Source of the DNA: an uncultured virus (IMG/VR IMGVR_UViG_3300037043_000022)
Taxonomy: Duplodnaviria > Heunggongvirae > Uroviricota > Caudoviricetes
IMG/VR virus record: IMGVR_UViG_3300037043_000022
Length of the DNA stretch: 64,000 nt
Reading direction: 5' to 3' (one strand)
Below are positions 32,022-43,029 of the stretch, piece by piece (the first letter of the stretch is position 1; every line of letters begins with the position of its first letter). The position numbers were made by a program, and so were the translations under genes. The notes beneath the pieces are model-generated. The model did not search any database. It was not told the origin of the DNA and was given only the letters and a program-made list of their open reading frames with translations.

Positions 32022-32825
32022 TCACGATGATTCATAACGTTGATCGATGAACCAATTGAGCATCCTGTGGTCAAGATATGCCCTGCGACATATTCCAACA
32101 GTATTACCAAGTCGTTTCGCTGTCTTCTCGACTATTTCCCTTACTTCTGCTTTGGCATTTGTTTTAGTGTCAACTAAAGGTTTATCAAGAATTTTCTTCA
32201 TATAATTCCAAGCAGATATATTTGCACAAAACGTCCGCAGATCTTTTGGTATGAATTGTTCACCAATGTTTCTCTTGATGAATTTAAACAGGGTGGCATA
32301 ATCTATTTTCAGCCATTTTTCGTCAGGATTGTTCGGATCATGATATAATTTTCCATATCGTTTTAGGAAATCATTTACAACAATAATGTTATGCGCCACT
32401 TGTTCCTTTCCTAGGAAATCAAGCATCATGGCACCGGTGGGAAATGATATATGTCTATTTAATAAAGTGGTCGTCCCGTATGTGTGGACAATTTCGCCCT
32501 CATTCTTTTTCAATCCCGAAACATATCCTTCTGCAGAACCCTCATTGCCTATTCTTACACCATACAACATCATAAGTAAACTAGCAAATGCACACCGACC
32601 ATCGTCTGTATTATGGCCTTTTTCGATAATTGCCTGTAATTCTTCAATAATCTCATCAGCATAGGACCCAAGTTTGGCATATCTATTAAATTTACCTTTA
32701 TCGTATTCTACAGTTTTATTTCGACCGCGTGGATTCCCCCAGTATGGATACTCGTTATTCAGATAGACAAACATACCGAATGGTTTAATTATGTCGTTAG
32801 ATTCAAACAATAGCGATAATTTCAT
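32022..32825 (-). CDS. DNA topoisomerase IB (bacterial/poxvirus-type catalytic core)
   Basis: RIGNE, YGTTTL, FLGK, PKDLRT, LGNT..ICRRAYLD (catalytic Tyr). Confidence 0.9.
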   Translation of the reverse strand: MKLSLLFESNDIIKPFGMFVYLNNEYPYWGNPRGRNKTVEYDKGKFNRYAKLGSYADEIIEELQAIIEKGHNTDDGRCAFASLLMMLYGVRIGNEGSAEGYVSGLKKNEGEIVHTYGTTTLLNRHISFPTGAMMLDFLGKEQVAHNIIVVNDFLKRYGKLYHDPNNPDEKWLKIDYATLFKFIKRNIGEQFIPKDLRTFCANISAWNYMKKILDKPLVDTKTNAKAEVREIVEKTAKRLGNTVGICRRAYLDHRMLNWFIDQRYESS

Positions 32826-32978
32826 AAATTATATTTGCAATTTCTCTGTAACTACAACCCTCACAATGCCAGGGGACAACTCGTTGATGGCGACGATGGG
32901 ACGATATTCCTCACTGGAACAAGGGTGGAAATTATCGAGCACTCATTCGGCAAAGAACCTGTTGCTGCGGAGCATATG

Positions 32979-33581
32979 TCATTCATCTTCTAGTCCTTTC
33001 GAATATGTCTTGAGACTCTGGTCTTTGTCTATCTCGAACGGGCCAATCATGATTGGCTCTGGTATCTTGCCTAAGTCAAGCTGATTTAAATCAAGTCCGT
33101 CCGATTCGATGAAACCGACCATTGAAGGATCCGCAAGATTAATTGTGTTAATCATGCTGATGCTTTTACTGCGGAAATGCAATGGTTTAAAGAGAATTTG
33201 TCGTTCGGAACTTTCCGGTATAATTTCATTATTGGTCATTACATATTGAATTAATTGTCTTTCTTTTGATTTAATTAGGTTGGGAAACAATGCAACTTCG
33301 TAATGAGCCACATCACGTTCAACAATTAATTTAAACCATTCATGTGGTTTATCCTCTGACCATAGCAGAATATGGTCAACTATTTCTCTAGCTTTATTGA
33401 TCAAAAAACATGGGATGTGTTTATCATTTATTTGTGCCCACACGCAAGCAATTGGGCATGGTACATTTTCGATGGCCTCATTTAATAATTTGATGATCTC
33501 TTTCATTGAGTGATTTTTAGTTGGGTCAGCAATGAACAGTGGTATATAACTTACGCAAAGGACCAATGGTGATTTATTCAT
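32979..33581 (-). CDS. Hypothetical protein
   Basis: 200 aa; RBS AAGGGG. Confidence 0.7.
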   Translation of the reverse strand: MNKSPLVLCVSYIPLFIADPTKNHSMKEIIKLLNEAIENVPCPIACVWAQINDKHIPCFLINKAREIVDHILLWSEDKPHEWFKLIVERDVAHYEVALFPNLIKSKERQLIQYVMTNNEIIPESSERQILFKPLHFRSKSISMINTINLADPSMVGFIESDGLDLNQLDLGKIPEPIMIGPFEIDKDQSLKTYSKGLEDE

Positions 33582-33641
33582 TCTTGTTCCCCTTTAGAGG
33601 TTCACCTCGTATCCGTATATACGGCTGGAGGGTCTCCATCA

Positions 33642-34004
33642 ATGTTTAGATGTCCCAAATGTAAGTTCGAACAAGAGGGTCGCAATGAATCATGGCATGA
33701 ATATTTAGGATTTCCATTTATCTGCCAAAAATGTGGCGAAATGTTCTGGATTAAGAAAATCAATGAAATGATGTTGATCATGCCAAACCAGAAGATAAAA
33801 GCCAAAATACCCTTGTTAAAGATTGGTACTAAAATTTACCTCAATAATGCTGATCATAAATTTTATCTCTCTCCAGGGACAATTATCAATAAAGACCACG
33901 TTCATTATCGCGTATGTTTAAGATACCATGACGGACAATTAGTTAAGAATACGATCTTCTGGTGTCCAGAAAATTGGATTAAATCAATACCTAATTGGTT
34001 ATAA
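33642..34004 (+). CDS. Hypothetical Zn-ribbon protein
   Basis: CPKC...CQKC; GGAGGG RBS. Confidence 0.65.
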   Translation: MFRCPKCKFEQEGRNESWHEYLGFPFICQKCGEMFWIKKINEMMLIMPNQKIKAKIPLLKIGTKIYLNNADHKFYLSPGTIINKDHVHYRVCLRYHDGQLVKNTIFWCPENWIKSIPNWL

Positions 34005-34028
34005 AACATACTTTAAAGGGGATAGAAC

Positions 34029-37000
34029 ATGCCTGTTGCACCTGCAATTGATAGATTTCAACCTAGTTTCTTTAGGTTTGACATCCAAAATGCCAGAACC
34101 GGATATCAAGATGTCTCTTTGCCATTGATCCTAGTCGTACCATGGGTTAGATCAATGAGTGGGACGCCTTTGTCTGACTCTGCGGTGTCGGAATTACAAT
34201 TTTATATTGAAGATGCGCCTACACCAGCTAAAGTAGCCGGTCCGGAGAACGTTGGGGTTTTTGTTCCACAACGGACGTTATATGTCTTCGAACCTGGTAC
34301 GCAAGAATTTATAGACAGCAGATTAAATACCATTCTAGAAGGGCAAAATTTCTATGCTTCCGACGGCACGCCAAAGACATATGAAGAAGCAGTGAATGGC
34401 GATTATTTTGAATATCGTTTAAGATCGGGTACAATAGGCAGAGTGCCATATTACAAAGATGCCGATTATTATGATTTATCCAATTTCAAAATAAGCGTCA
34501 GTGGTCTGCCAGAGGACGATTATTATTTTGTGTGGCAATGTAGATATAAAATTCGATCGACAACGTCTACTAATGATTTTGATTGCATTCGAGATGAATT
34601 TGCAATTGCTAGATTTCGGATGTTGATGGCACATCCTGGTGACGTCCATCGGATGATGATTGATAACATGCCAGCGATATATTTAGGAGACGTCGACCGT
34701 ACTAACGACCCAGTAGTAAAATTGATGCGGGCATACGCTGATGGATTACAGGACATATTTGATGAGCAGAAATTATTGCTTGGAGTGAATTGGATCAATA
34801 AAATACCAGTACAATTGATACCATATCTCGCATATTTAATTGGGTGGGATTTACCAAATTTTCCCAGAAATAAAGATTCGATACGTCGTGCAATGCTTCG
34901 TAATGGTGTCCGATTACAAAAATTGAAAGGCACGAGACTTGCAATCTCTGATTTGTTCAAAATTTTTGGTTTTTCAATAGAATTAATTAATCTTTGGTAT
35001 TCCAAAGATGGCAAAAGATTCATCGGCCCAAATGAGCCATTGCCACCCCATTATTCCGACCAGAAAATTATGACACAGGAAAAATGTCAGACTGATGCAT
35101 TGGTCTCTGATTATGTTGCAGCCGGTTTTGGGCAATTCAGCGTTCCATTGTTGTTCAGAAGCAATGATATGATTGCTATTGAAGCATGGCATGTTAAAAA
35201 AGATGGCCCAATTTATTCACAATTGAAAGACATAATTAATCAGATAATGTCGGGTCCAGAATCCACAGAGGATGCTTGTAAAAATGATGCTGCTGGATTT
35301 CCATCATCTAAATTATTAAACCAAATCATACCCGACCAGACCGTGATAGGACATTCGCGGATTCTCGTCGATCAAAAAAGAGGAGCTATAGATGAATATG
35401 GAACCGGAATCACACCATTGTCGAAATCAGGGATTTCATATGGACATGATTTCAACGTTATAAACGTCACATTTGATCATTACATTAAATTCAATGAGAA
35501 TGATGCTTTGTTCATTTTTGCCGTCTATCCCAGAACCAAGATCATTTTGCCTGATTCCTTGATTGATTTAAGGTCTAATAGATTCGATGTAAATATTGCC
35601 TCACAATCTGAGGATGATATACAATCAGATCTACTTGATTTCTTAATAAATTTCATATTTAAGCTGAAAGCATTTCACAGCTTATTGCGAAAATTGACGT
35701 TTACACAAAATGTGTTGGACATATATAACGTCACTGATTTTTGTTTGGGTGCAGATAACAAACAAGATCCTAATTATGCTGGTGGTAAATTGGAAAAACC
35801 ACCATATTTTTATCCACCAGACGAGAGCGCTGATAAGTGTAAGCCAGGCACTGAGAATGGCATCATTACTGAAAATCAAAAATTACGCTCAAGAGTAATA
35901 GATGGTTTAAGAGCCGAACACATTGCTTGGAAAGATCTCGATGGTACTCATATTTTAACGCCCGATCAAGAAGAATTGGTGAATCGTTTATCTAGAGTTC
36001 CATCAGGGAAACCGATTGGTACTGAATGTCAATATACGCAATTCGGGCAAGAATTACTTAAGAACGTTGATTTGGATTACGACCAGGTGCCGGATTTACG
36101 TGAGAAAGTATGTGATGACGACGCAACGGTCAATAAATGTTATATTGGGCGGGTCGTTGATCGACTTAAAAATGAACGACATCTAAGAATGATTGATTCA
36201 GTAAGATGCAAACCATGTCTATTAGGATTTGGTTCTGGAGTTTATTATACGATCAATAAGAAGGCGGACGTCCTAGAGAAAGGTGGTTTCCTAGGTAAAT
36301 TACGCACTGATTATGATGAGCCACAACCGTCATTGCGATTTACTGATCGTGCATATTTCAATGAAGATGATCAAAAGAATAATTATTTGGCATGGCAGAG
36401 ACGGTCATTAGACATACAGAAATCTAATAGTTTTTTCCCTGGTCATCGATTCATAACTGCTGATAAATTGTTGAACGACTATGAAAGCAAAAATTGGAAA
36501 GCTAAACCATGGGATTATCCTTGGCCAACATACGATTGCAATGGCATAAATTATGATAACCCTCTAAATGCACGTCTTGAGATTGGTAGCGATGGCAATC
36601 AGCACATTTATTTTGATGATGCTCCCTATAGATTATCTGGTAATGGCATAACCCAAGACATCATGACCTTCGGAGATCACACATCTACCTTATTCGTGAC
36701 TCATAAAATCTACATGCATGATGAGTTGCAACCGGGTGATCCTAGGTTGGCGATTACATTCGATCAGACTACGACCACCACTGAGACTACAATCAACGAT
36801 GGATTACACATTTTCCAATCGGAATCACAAAGTGGTGAAGATTGTATTGATGGTCACCCGTCTGAATATGGCACATATGAATATTCATTTGATAGAGGAT
36901 TCGAAAGAGGCGGGACTGATGATCAGGACTTGATGGAATTGCTCAATTTACCAACACATGATTCTACTGGGTCACTTCCATTATTATTCAAGTCAGGCAG

Positions 37001-37847
37001 TGGAATACTGATCGATGAAAGCATATATAGATACCAACATTACCAAGGACTGCGCAATGATTGTGGTTGTCTGGATTGTGGTGGTTCTGATGCCAATGAC
37101 AGGCAATGTATGATCGATAAGATGCGCACGGCAAATGGAACAATCGATGCGCATTGTGATCAATTATCCGTGCTTCCCAAACTAAAATTAAATGAAACGT
37201 TTGGAAGTTGTTCCAACATTAATGATGGTTCTATTCCTGATTCATTTAGATTGAAAGATGCCCAGACAGAAGGGTCGTTCTTTTTTAAAGATAATTATGA
37301 CACACAATATGAGGTCGAGTATAAATTCTATGACAATAGATTGGACATATTGACGACAACGAAAATTCCACATGTATGGGGTGAATCGCCAGCCGGAGAA
37401 ATTATAAATGGTCGGGTATTTAGACGTGGAATTGTGACAATCGACAGAAAAATCATCGAATTTTATGCCTCTAGTTATCAAATCATCTCCGCCGGTGGTG
37501 AACAACGAATTGAATTAATTCAAACGTCATGGAAATGCGGCGATAAGATCCCATTGAAGGCTGAAACGATATTTGGTGATTTCTTCAACTGTGGGATCAA
37601 AGAAGTGGTTGAAATGCTCATTTCATGTGGAACGAGATGGGCAAACGTCAATGTTCACGAAGATCATTTAGTTTATTGGCCTGACTTAATTCAGGTAGGT
37701 GCTGAACTTTATTATATGGTTCCTAGTAGTCACCATCAACCCTTTTATTGGATTAATGTGTGGGGTAACGATGATGGCATAGCTGTTTGTGATGCCACTT
37801 GGCCCGGAACTGGAACCGAAGTTACTGTAGGACACGATGATATTTGA
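34029..37847 (+). CDS. Baseplate wedge/tail protein (P2 gpI-like segment)
   Basis: 1272 aa; LIPYLAYLIGW...RRAML...KLKGTRLAISDLFKIFG. Confidence 0.7.
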   Translation: MPVAPAIDRFQPSFFRFDIQNARTGYQDVSLPLILVVPWVRSMSGTPLSDSAVSELQFYIEDAPTPAKVAGPENVGVFVPQRTLYVFEPGTQEFIDSRLNTILEGQNFYASDGTPKTYEEAVNGDYFEYRLRSGTIGRVPYYKDADYYDLSNFKISVSGLPEDDYYFVWQCRYKIRSTTSTNDFDCIRDEFAIARFRMLMAHPGDVHRMMIDNMPAIYLGDVDRTNDPVVKLMRAYADGLQDIFDEQKLLLGVNWINKIPVQLIPYLAYLIGWDLPNFPRNKDSIRRAMLRNGVRLQKLKGTRLAISDLFKIFGFSIELINLWYSKDGKRFIGPNEPLPPHYSDQKIMTQEKCQTDALVSDYVAAGFGQFSVPLLFRSNDMIAIEAWHVKKDGPIYSQLKDIINQIMSGPESTEDACKNDAAGFPSSKLLNQIIPDQTVIGHSRILVDQKRGAIDEYGTGITPLSKSGISYGHDFNVINVTFDHYIKFNENDALFIFAVYPRTKIILPDSLIDLRSNRFDVNIASQSEDDIQSDLLDFLINFIFKLKAFHSLLRKLTFTQNVLDIYNVTDFCLGADNKQDPNYAGGKLEKPPYFYPPDESADKCKPGTENGIITENQKLRSRVIDGLRAEHIAWKDLDGTHILTPDQEELVNRLSRVPSGKPIGTECQYTQFGQELLKNVDLDYDQVPDLREKVCDDDATVNKCYIGRVVDRLKNERHLRMIDSVRCKPCLLGFGSGVYYTINKKADVLEKGGFLGKLRTDYDEPQPSLRFTDRAYFNEDDQKNNYLAWQRRSLDIQKSNSFFPGHRFITADKLLNDYESKNWKAKPWDYPWPTYDCNGINYDNPLNARLEIGSDGNQHIYFDDAPYRLSGNGITQDIMTFGDHTSTLFVTHKIYMHDELQPGDPRLAITFDQTTTTTETTINDGLHIFQSESQSGEDCIDGHPSEYGTYEYSFDRGFERGGTDDQDLMELLNLPTHDSTGSLPLLFKSGSGILIDESIYRYQHYQGLRNDCGCLDCGGSDANDRQCMIDKMRTANGTIDAHCDQLSVLPKLKLNETFGSCSNINDGSIPDSFRLKDAQTEGSFFFKDNYDTQYEVEYKFYDNRLDILTTTKIPHVWGESPAGEIINGRVFRRGIVTIDRKIIEFYASSYQIISAGGEQRIELIQTSWKCGDKIPLKAETIFGDFFNCGIKEVVEMLISCGTRWANVNVHEDHLVYWPDLIQVGAELYYMVPSSHHQPFYWINVWGNDDGIAVCDATWPGTGTEVTVGHDDI

Positions 37848-37877
37848 CGCTTAAGAATGGCGAGATAAAAAAAGCAC

Positions 37878-38174
37878 ATGACTACAGAAGAATTTCTAGA
37901 CAAAATCGAAGTCTGCAACCACAAAGAACGTTTCAAAACCGGAGATGGACTATCCCACGTAGTCACTCTGATTGGTAATTTGTCATGGTATGATAAATTA
38001 TTCTTTTATTATGTCTTGGGATTCACCGGAAGTAAATGGATATATTTAATATATAGCATATACTTTATGGTAGAATTCAAACACATGAATTTCCTGGATC
38101 GTTTATATTATTTTGTGTTTTTTCGGAATTCATATGCCATCATTGATGCGCGAAAGCTAGCCAAATTAAAATGA
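37878..38174 (+). CDS. Hypothetical protein
   Basis: 98 aa. Confidence 0.55.
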   Translation: MTTEEFLDKIEVCNHKERFKTGDGLSHVVTLIGNLSWYDKLFFYYVLGFTGSKWIYLIYSIYFMVEFKHMNFLDRLYYFVFFRNSYAIIDARKLAKLK

Positions 38175-38217
38175 TTCTATAAGACAAATATAAATTATTG
38201 CTTTGGGAGGAACGAAG

Positions 38218-38619
38218 ATGGATGACACGAAAATTGATTCTGCGCTTGATAGACTGTCGGATGACAAATTTGTTGACGTATATGTTACGTTAGGTAAATT
38301 ACAGGATTTGAGAGTACAACAACAGATTTTATCTGAGAAATTGCGCAATATCGTAAGCGATTTAATGAATAATATCCTAACAGAAACCAAAGACAAATTT
38401 AAAATAGACGTAGATATGACTCTAAATGAAATTCACACTTTGATTTTAAAACGTGGAATTTCAGATTTAAAAATAATACCTAATTTTAGTCTAAAGATTT
38501 GGGATGTTACTGGTAATTTATCAGATACGTTCAATGGAAAATATGGTGAATTACCATTGTCAAGAGACATATCTGAGTCGATCGTTGAATTCTTTAATCA
38601 ACGATATGAACGTAAATAA
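38218..38619 (+). CDS. Hypothetical protein
   Basis: GGAGG RBS before MDDTK. Confidence 0.65.
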   Translation: MDDTKIDSALDRLSDDKFVDVYVTLGKLQDLRVQQQILSEKLRNIVSDLMNNILTETKDKFKIDVDMTLNEIHTLILKRGISDLKIIPNFSLKIWDVTGNLSDTFNGKYGELPLSRDISESIVEFFNQRYERK

Positions 38620-38636
38620 GAGAGATAGGAGACAAA

Positions 38637-39263
38637 ATGACCTTACCAGACAATAGATTTCGGATCCCTGGACCACTGATTAATTTTCCATCGGATGTTG
38701 GTGAAACTGGCCAACCACATGATGAATATCCATCACCTGGTCAACCAAGATATGATTGGATGAGAATGGCAATCATAGCATTGCTATCCAATCAATCGTC
38801 TTATGATGAACCACAAAATTTCAGAGTAGGATCACCGTGGTTTGATTTAAATGATATGACATTGAAAATTCGAACTGGCACTGGCGTGGCCGGCACTGAG
38901 TGGTCACCAGTATCAGATGTCATTTCTCTTGGATTACCTGGGCCTATTTCATTATCACAATGGTATGACAGTGCGAGCGTCGCATTAGCATCCATACGAC
39001 CACAATCGACATATAGTGGTCGTGCCATTAATGCTACAAATGGCATACCGATACCTGAATCAATCAGATCAAGCATTTACTCAAACACTAGACCGTTTGT
39101 ATGGGTAAATGGATCATTGATCGATCCTCGCGACGTACAAATCGATCCCGGTACTTGTCCAGTCAGAATAAACTTAGTGAATGATTTGAAAACTGGTGAT
39201 AAATTTACCGTTTTGTTGACCAACATAGCCAATTTCGTCAATGGTGACGTGTTGGCCGGATAG
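38637..39263 (+). CDS. Putative virion structural protein
   Basis: 208 aa; FVWVNG motif; AGGAG RBS; baseplate neighbourhood. Confidence 0.55.
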   Translation: MTLPDNRFRIPGPLINFPSDVGETGQPHDEYPSPGQPRYDWMRMAIIALLSNQSSYDEPQNFRVGSPWFDLNDMTLKIRTGTGVAGTEWSPVSDVISLGLPGPISLSQWYDSASVALASIRPQSTYSGRAINATNGIPIPESIRSSIYSNTRPFVWVNGSLIDPRDVQIDPGTCPVRINLVNDLKTGDKFTVLLTNIANFVNGDVLAG

Positions 39264-39272
39264 GAGATAATC

Positions 39273-40328
39273 GTGGCTACAGTTAAAATGTTTGATGAGG
39301 TTCACAAAGGGAATGCTGGACCGATGGCTGGCATGCTCGAATTCATCATCAAGGACAAAAACGGTGATGTCGTGGATAGAATAATTGATCGTAATTTAAT
39401 TAAGATACATGCGAAGGAAATTTTATCACATCGCATGCCATTTAATGAGGTGTGGAACCCAGTAGGCGGCACTGGCACTGGTGCGTGGGAGCCAACCACA
39501 TTTGATCCTGATGGTGAATACGGCGTCAAATACATTTTATTTGGGGCAAGTTTTGATCCTAATGGTGTACCATTAGACGCTGATGATCCAAGATATTATG
39601 TCACCGATCCAGTCACTGGCACAAAGGTCCCAATCCGTTTAGGCGTTGGAGCTGAATATGGTGGTGGGTTGATTAATGCCATACCGATTGCCGAACCGTA
39701 TAGAGCATTGAAACGCATCGAATCAGTCTCTTTCGAACCAACTGCACAACCGGCCGGTACGCCATTATTGCAGGCAGACGTAAGGACAATAAACAATATA
39801 GTGAATCTCCAAACTACATTGATGCTCGATGAATATAATGGTTTTGGTCTAACTGATAGCGATTATTTCACAATATGTGAGGTGGCATTAGTCGCTGGGA
39901 AAAAATTAGATCATGTGAGCGCATGTGAATGTGATCCTCATTCGTTATTTATGGAAGGACATTCAGATGGGACGCCATTATCGGTGATCGCCAATGGGAC
40001 AGACGTCATAACGTTGGATCCATCTGAGGCATTAATTGATTTAATTAGAACCGGCGACATGATCAAATTGGTATCTGCTGGCGGATCAATTGCTGATGAC
40101 ACTCTTGGACAGATTACTCCGTACTATCTGGTTATGGACAAATTACCCGGTGGTAGAGACATTCAATTAGATAGAGTGCCGACAGACGCAAATCAACAGG
40201 TCCTGGTCGGACAGATCGGAGCATACAAAGACACAATGAGAATATTCGCGCATCGCGTGCTAGCCACTCCCGTCAAAAAATCAAATAATTTTGAAATCAT
40301 AACAAGATGGAGCATAATTTTCAATTAA
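39273..40328 (+). CDS. Putative baseplate/tail-collar structural protein
   Basis: EYNG...ICEVAL and C-terminal VKKSNNFEIITRWSIIF, typical of phage tail proteins. Confidence 0.6.
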   Translation: MATVKMFDEVHKGNAGPMAGMLEFIIKDKNGDVVDRIIDRNLIKIHAKEILSHRMPFNEVWNPVGGTGTGAWEPTTFDPDGEYGVKYILFGASFDPNGVPLDADDPRYYVTDPVTGTKVPIRLGVGAEYGGGLINAIPIAEPYRALKRIESVSFEPTAQPAGTPLLQADVRTINNIVNLQTTLMLDEYNGFGLTDSDYFTICEVALVAGKKLDHVSACECDPHSLFMEGHSDGTPLSVIANGTDVITLDPSEALIDLIRTGDMIKLVSAGGSIADDTLGQITPYYLVMDKLPGGRDIQLDRVPTDANQQVLVGQIGAYKDTMRIFAHRVLATPVKKSNNFEIITRWSIIFN

Positions 40329-40542
40329 ATTTTATGTATTTTAAAAATATGTCTTGCTCAAACAAAATATCTGAAGCATTGACAAAATATAAATGGACTA
40401 CGGAGAAGATGAATATCTTAAGGATCATTATCTTAATAAGACAATCAAACAGATATCAACATTTGTCTGTTTCCCACCACTTGTAATATGGCGACGAGCA
40501 AATTTTAAAAAATGTCCATTAATCAAAAAAGAAAATTTTAAA

Positions 40543-41124
40543 ATGAGAGGAATTGCCATGCGGATCTCAAATTTACATAAGACTAAGCAATGCTTCCAAT
40601 TATTTGAGCACATATCAACGACTATTGACATTTTAGATGACATCACGAAACGCACAAACATCTCGGCGATGATCATAGGGGGTGCTGCTCTACCGAAATA
40701 CAATTATAAACGAACGACGGAAGACATTGATGTAGTTACGTCGGCGATTGATGCTCAAAAATTAGCCAACGAATTAGAAGCGGCTGGTTTTCAGTTTATT
40801 GGGCACAATAAATTCAAACGTGGTGAATTGGAAATCAATCTCTATCCAGAGGGAATGTTGACACATCCACAAAGTAAAATTAAATTCCCTGCCACAGAAG
40901 ATAAATCAGCTGGTTTGCATTATGTCAGTTTGCCTAGATTGTTGGCACTCAAGATTTCTGCTGGTCGTCTGAAGGATCGTGGTGATTATGCAGAATTAAT
41001 TAAAATAAACAATATCGACCAGGAATGGATAGAAGATAATGTTATACCGTTATTAACGACTGGTCAATCTAGACGATGGGCAATAGAATTCTGGAAAATA
41101 GCACAGAAAGAATTAAGGAATTGA
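40543..41124 (+). CDS. Nucleotidyltransferase (MNT/AbiEii-like)
   Basis: IIGGAAL, RTTEDIDVV, LLALKISAGRLKDRGD. Confidence 0.8.
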   Translation: MRGIAMRISNLHKTKQCFQLFEHISTTIDILDDITKRTNISAMIIGGAALPKYNYKRTTEDIDVVTSAIDAQKLANELEAAGFQFIGHNKFKRGELEINLYPEGMLTHPQSKIKFPATEDKSAGLHYVSLPRLLALKISAGRLKDRGDYAELIKINNIDQEWIEDNVIPLLTTGQSRRWAIEFWKIAQKELRN

Positions 41125-41131
41125 AATTCGA

Positions 41132-41734
41132 TTATTTGCAGTTTGATAAAAAACGAATTTGTTCCGCCAATTCTTTTTGATGAGTTGACGCCTCCCCCTC
41201 AAATTCTTCACTTTGCACGGAATTTTCACAAACGAAATGAACGTGCGCAAAGTCGTGCGGATCAATTTCGATTTCTAAGTCAACACCGTTTTGGTGCCAT
41301 TCCAACTGAACGCCCCCTGAACTTGTCGGAAAAATTTGTGGAATCGGAGTGGTGGGTAGCATCACATCTTGTAAGAGACCGATTACCGTGGGAACCACGG
41401 AATCGGCGATCTTCGGAGCGCCGTAAGAATCCCAGTTTTGAGGAAGAGACAACAACTCATCCAGTTTTTTTGCAACCGGTCGCACCCAATCCATCGTCCT
41501 TCTTGGAGCATCAAAAATCGGTTCATTGCCGAAGTTATTGAACGGCATCTCTTTGGGTGTTTCCATTTTTATAGTTAAGCTCCACAAAGGCTTAGGACCT
41601 GTTTGAGGATGAACAGTGTGCTCGTCCCAATCCGGGCTTGCATTGAGCACGTCAATGCCCAGTTGGGTTGCAATAGAATGATCATTAGAAAGAAAAGCAC
41701 GTCTTTCCATGAGTTCCGCAGTTTCAGCGGTCAT
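41132..41734 (-). CDS. Conserved hypothetical protein of bacterial type
   Basis: LPQNWDSYGA...PTSSGGVQLEW; visibly higher GC than its flanks. Confidence 0.65.
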   Translation of the reverse strand: MTAETAELMERRAFLSNDHSIATQLGIDVLNASPDWDEHTVHPQTGPKPLWSLTIKMETPKEMPFNNFGNEPIFDAPRRTMDWVRPVAKKLDELLSLPQNWDSYGAPKIADSVVPTVIGLLQDVMLPTTPIPQIFPTSSGGVQLEWHQNGVDLEIEIDPHDFAHVHFVCENSVQSEEFEGEASTHQKELAEQIRFLSNCK

Positions 41735-41845
41735 TGGTGCGCTCCCATTTCACCTTCGCTAATCTCTCTTCAGTGACCCCCTCGACAACCATCACCTACC
41801 CCCAATTCGTTCGCTCATCTTTTCTCCTCGGCCAAACGTCGGTCA

Positions 41846-42196
41846 CTAAACTTCAAATGTTTCATATTCATAATATGGGGTGGTGCACAAATCCAACGAC
41901 AATTTATTTTCTAAAATCATGCTGCACAATTCGCCATCATCGCCATTAAATTTTGGATGTTGATTTCTTGCAACTTTGATGACTAATGATATGATTTCTT
42001 TTGGCATATTCATCATGTACATTGGATTCATATAAAAAATGCCTTTATGATCGGTAATTCGTACCATTTCATGACCGTTTTTCCTAATCGAGGGACGAAT
42101 TTCAATGTTGTTTCTGATCCATTCATATAATTTTATTTCTTCGTCGGTTGGATCAAACCGGTGTCTTTTAGCTTTAATGTCATATGTTCTGATCAT
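41846..42196 (-). CDS. Hypothetical protein
   Basis: 116 aa; GAGGAGG RBS. Confidence 0.7.
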   Translation of the reverse strand: MIRTYDIKAKRHRFDPTDEEIKLYEWIRNNIEIRPSIRKNGHEMVRITDHKGIFYMNPMYMMNMPKEIISLVIKVARNQHPKFNGDDGELCSMILENKLSLDLCTTPYYEYETFEV

Positions 42197-42244
42197 CGCT
42201 TGTCCTCCTCAGAGGATTTTTATCGCGATTTGATCTACAGTCAA

Positions 42245-42676
42245 TTATTCACGATCCTGCCCACCAGCAAGGCGATCAATTAATTCTTGGTCAATTGACT
42301 CATCGCCATCGACGTCAGCAAAAATCTCTAACATGTCCCATTTCTCATGTAAAAAATTTGATATGTAATTCATATATTTTCTATAAGAAGCCGTATTATA
42401 TAAATTCTGGAGATTCAACCGTGTGAGCAATGACTCAAAATTTTTGTCTATTATTGTCTTGATTTGTTCGACGCTTGGTTGTGTGGAGTATTTTTTCAAT
42501 AATTCGTCGATAGTATTAAGATAGACTGTGGCTTGTCCTCGTTGAAATTTCTCGTTTTGATTGTCCTGCCATTTCCGAGTCCCTGGGTCGTCTGTGGGTC
42601 CATAGATAAGATGCATATATCTTACTTCACACAATACGTCTTCCATAATCAAGGATAATCTATTTTTGAAATTCAT
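42245..42676 (-). CDS. Hypothetical protein, possible internal head protein
   Basis: N-terminus MNFKNRLSLIMEDVLCE. Confidence 0.6.
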   Translation of the reverse strand: MNFKNRLSLIMEDVLCEVRYMHLIYGPTDDPGTRKWQDNQNEKFQRGQATVYLNTIDELLKKYSTQPSVEQIKTIIDKNFESLLTRLNLQNLYNTASYRKYMNYISNFLHEKWDMLEIFADVDGDESIDQELIDRLAGGQDRE

Positions 42677-43029
42677 TTTCGTCTCTCAATGTCTATTCTG
42701 CGCAAACCCTTTACGTTCGTGGGTTGGTTCAATTCATTGATTACTATTGGTTTGGCGACAAATTGTCCATTTTTCAGATCGTCCATAATTGATTCGTCAA
42801 TTATGTCTGCATTCATCATTAATTCGTCATTATGTAGAAAGACGCTTTTCACCTTGTGTGTCTTCTTACCAATTTTTTCAATTGATTTACGATTTAATAA
42901 CCCACCACACACGTCATTGGGATTTTTATTAAAATCATCTATAATTTTCTGCACAGTCTGTCGATTATATATTAATCCTGATGATGTTGGTTTGTCGACC
43001 ACAATCCCAGTTGAAATGATCACATTCAT
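42673..43029 (-). CDS. Degenerate prohead-protease (gp21)-like small protein
   Basis: SGLIYNRQTV...THKVKSVFLHNDELMMNADII resembles the gp21 N-terminal half. Confidence 0.4.
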   Translation of the reverse strand: MNVIISTGIVVDKPTSSGLIYNRQTVQKIIDDFNKNPNDVCGGLLNRKSIEKIGKKTHKVKSVFLHNDELMMNADIIDESIMDDLKNGQFVAKPIVINELNQPTNVKGLRRIDIERRK

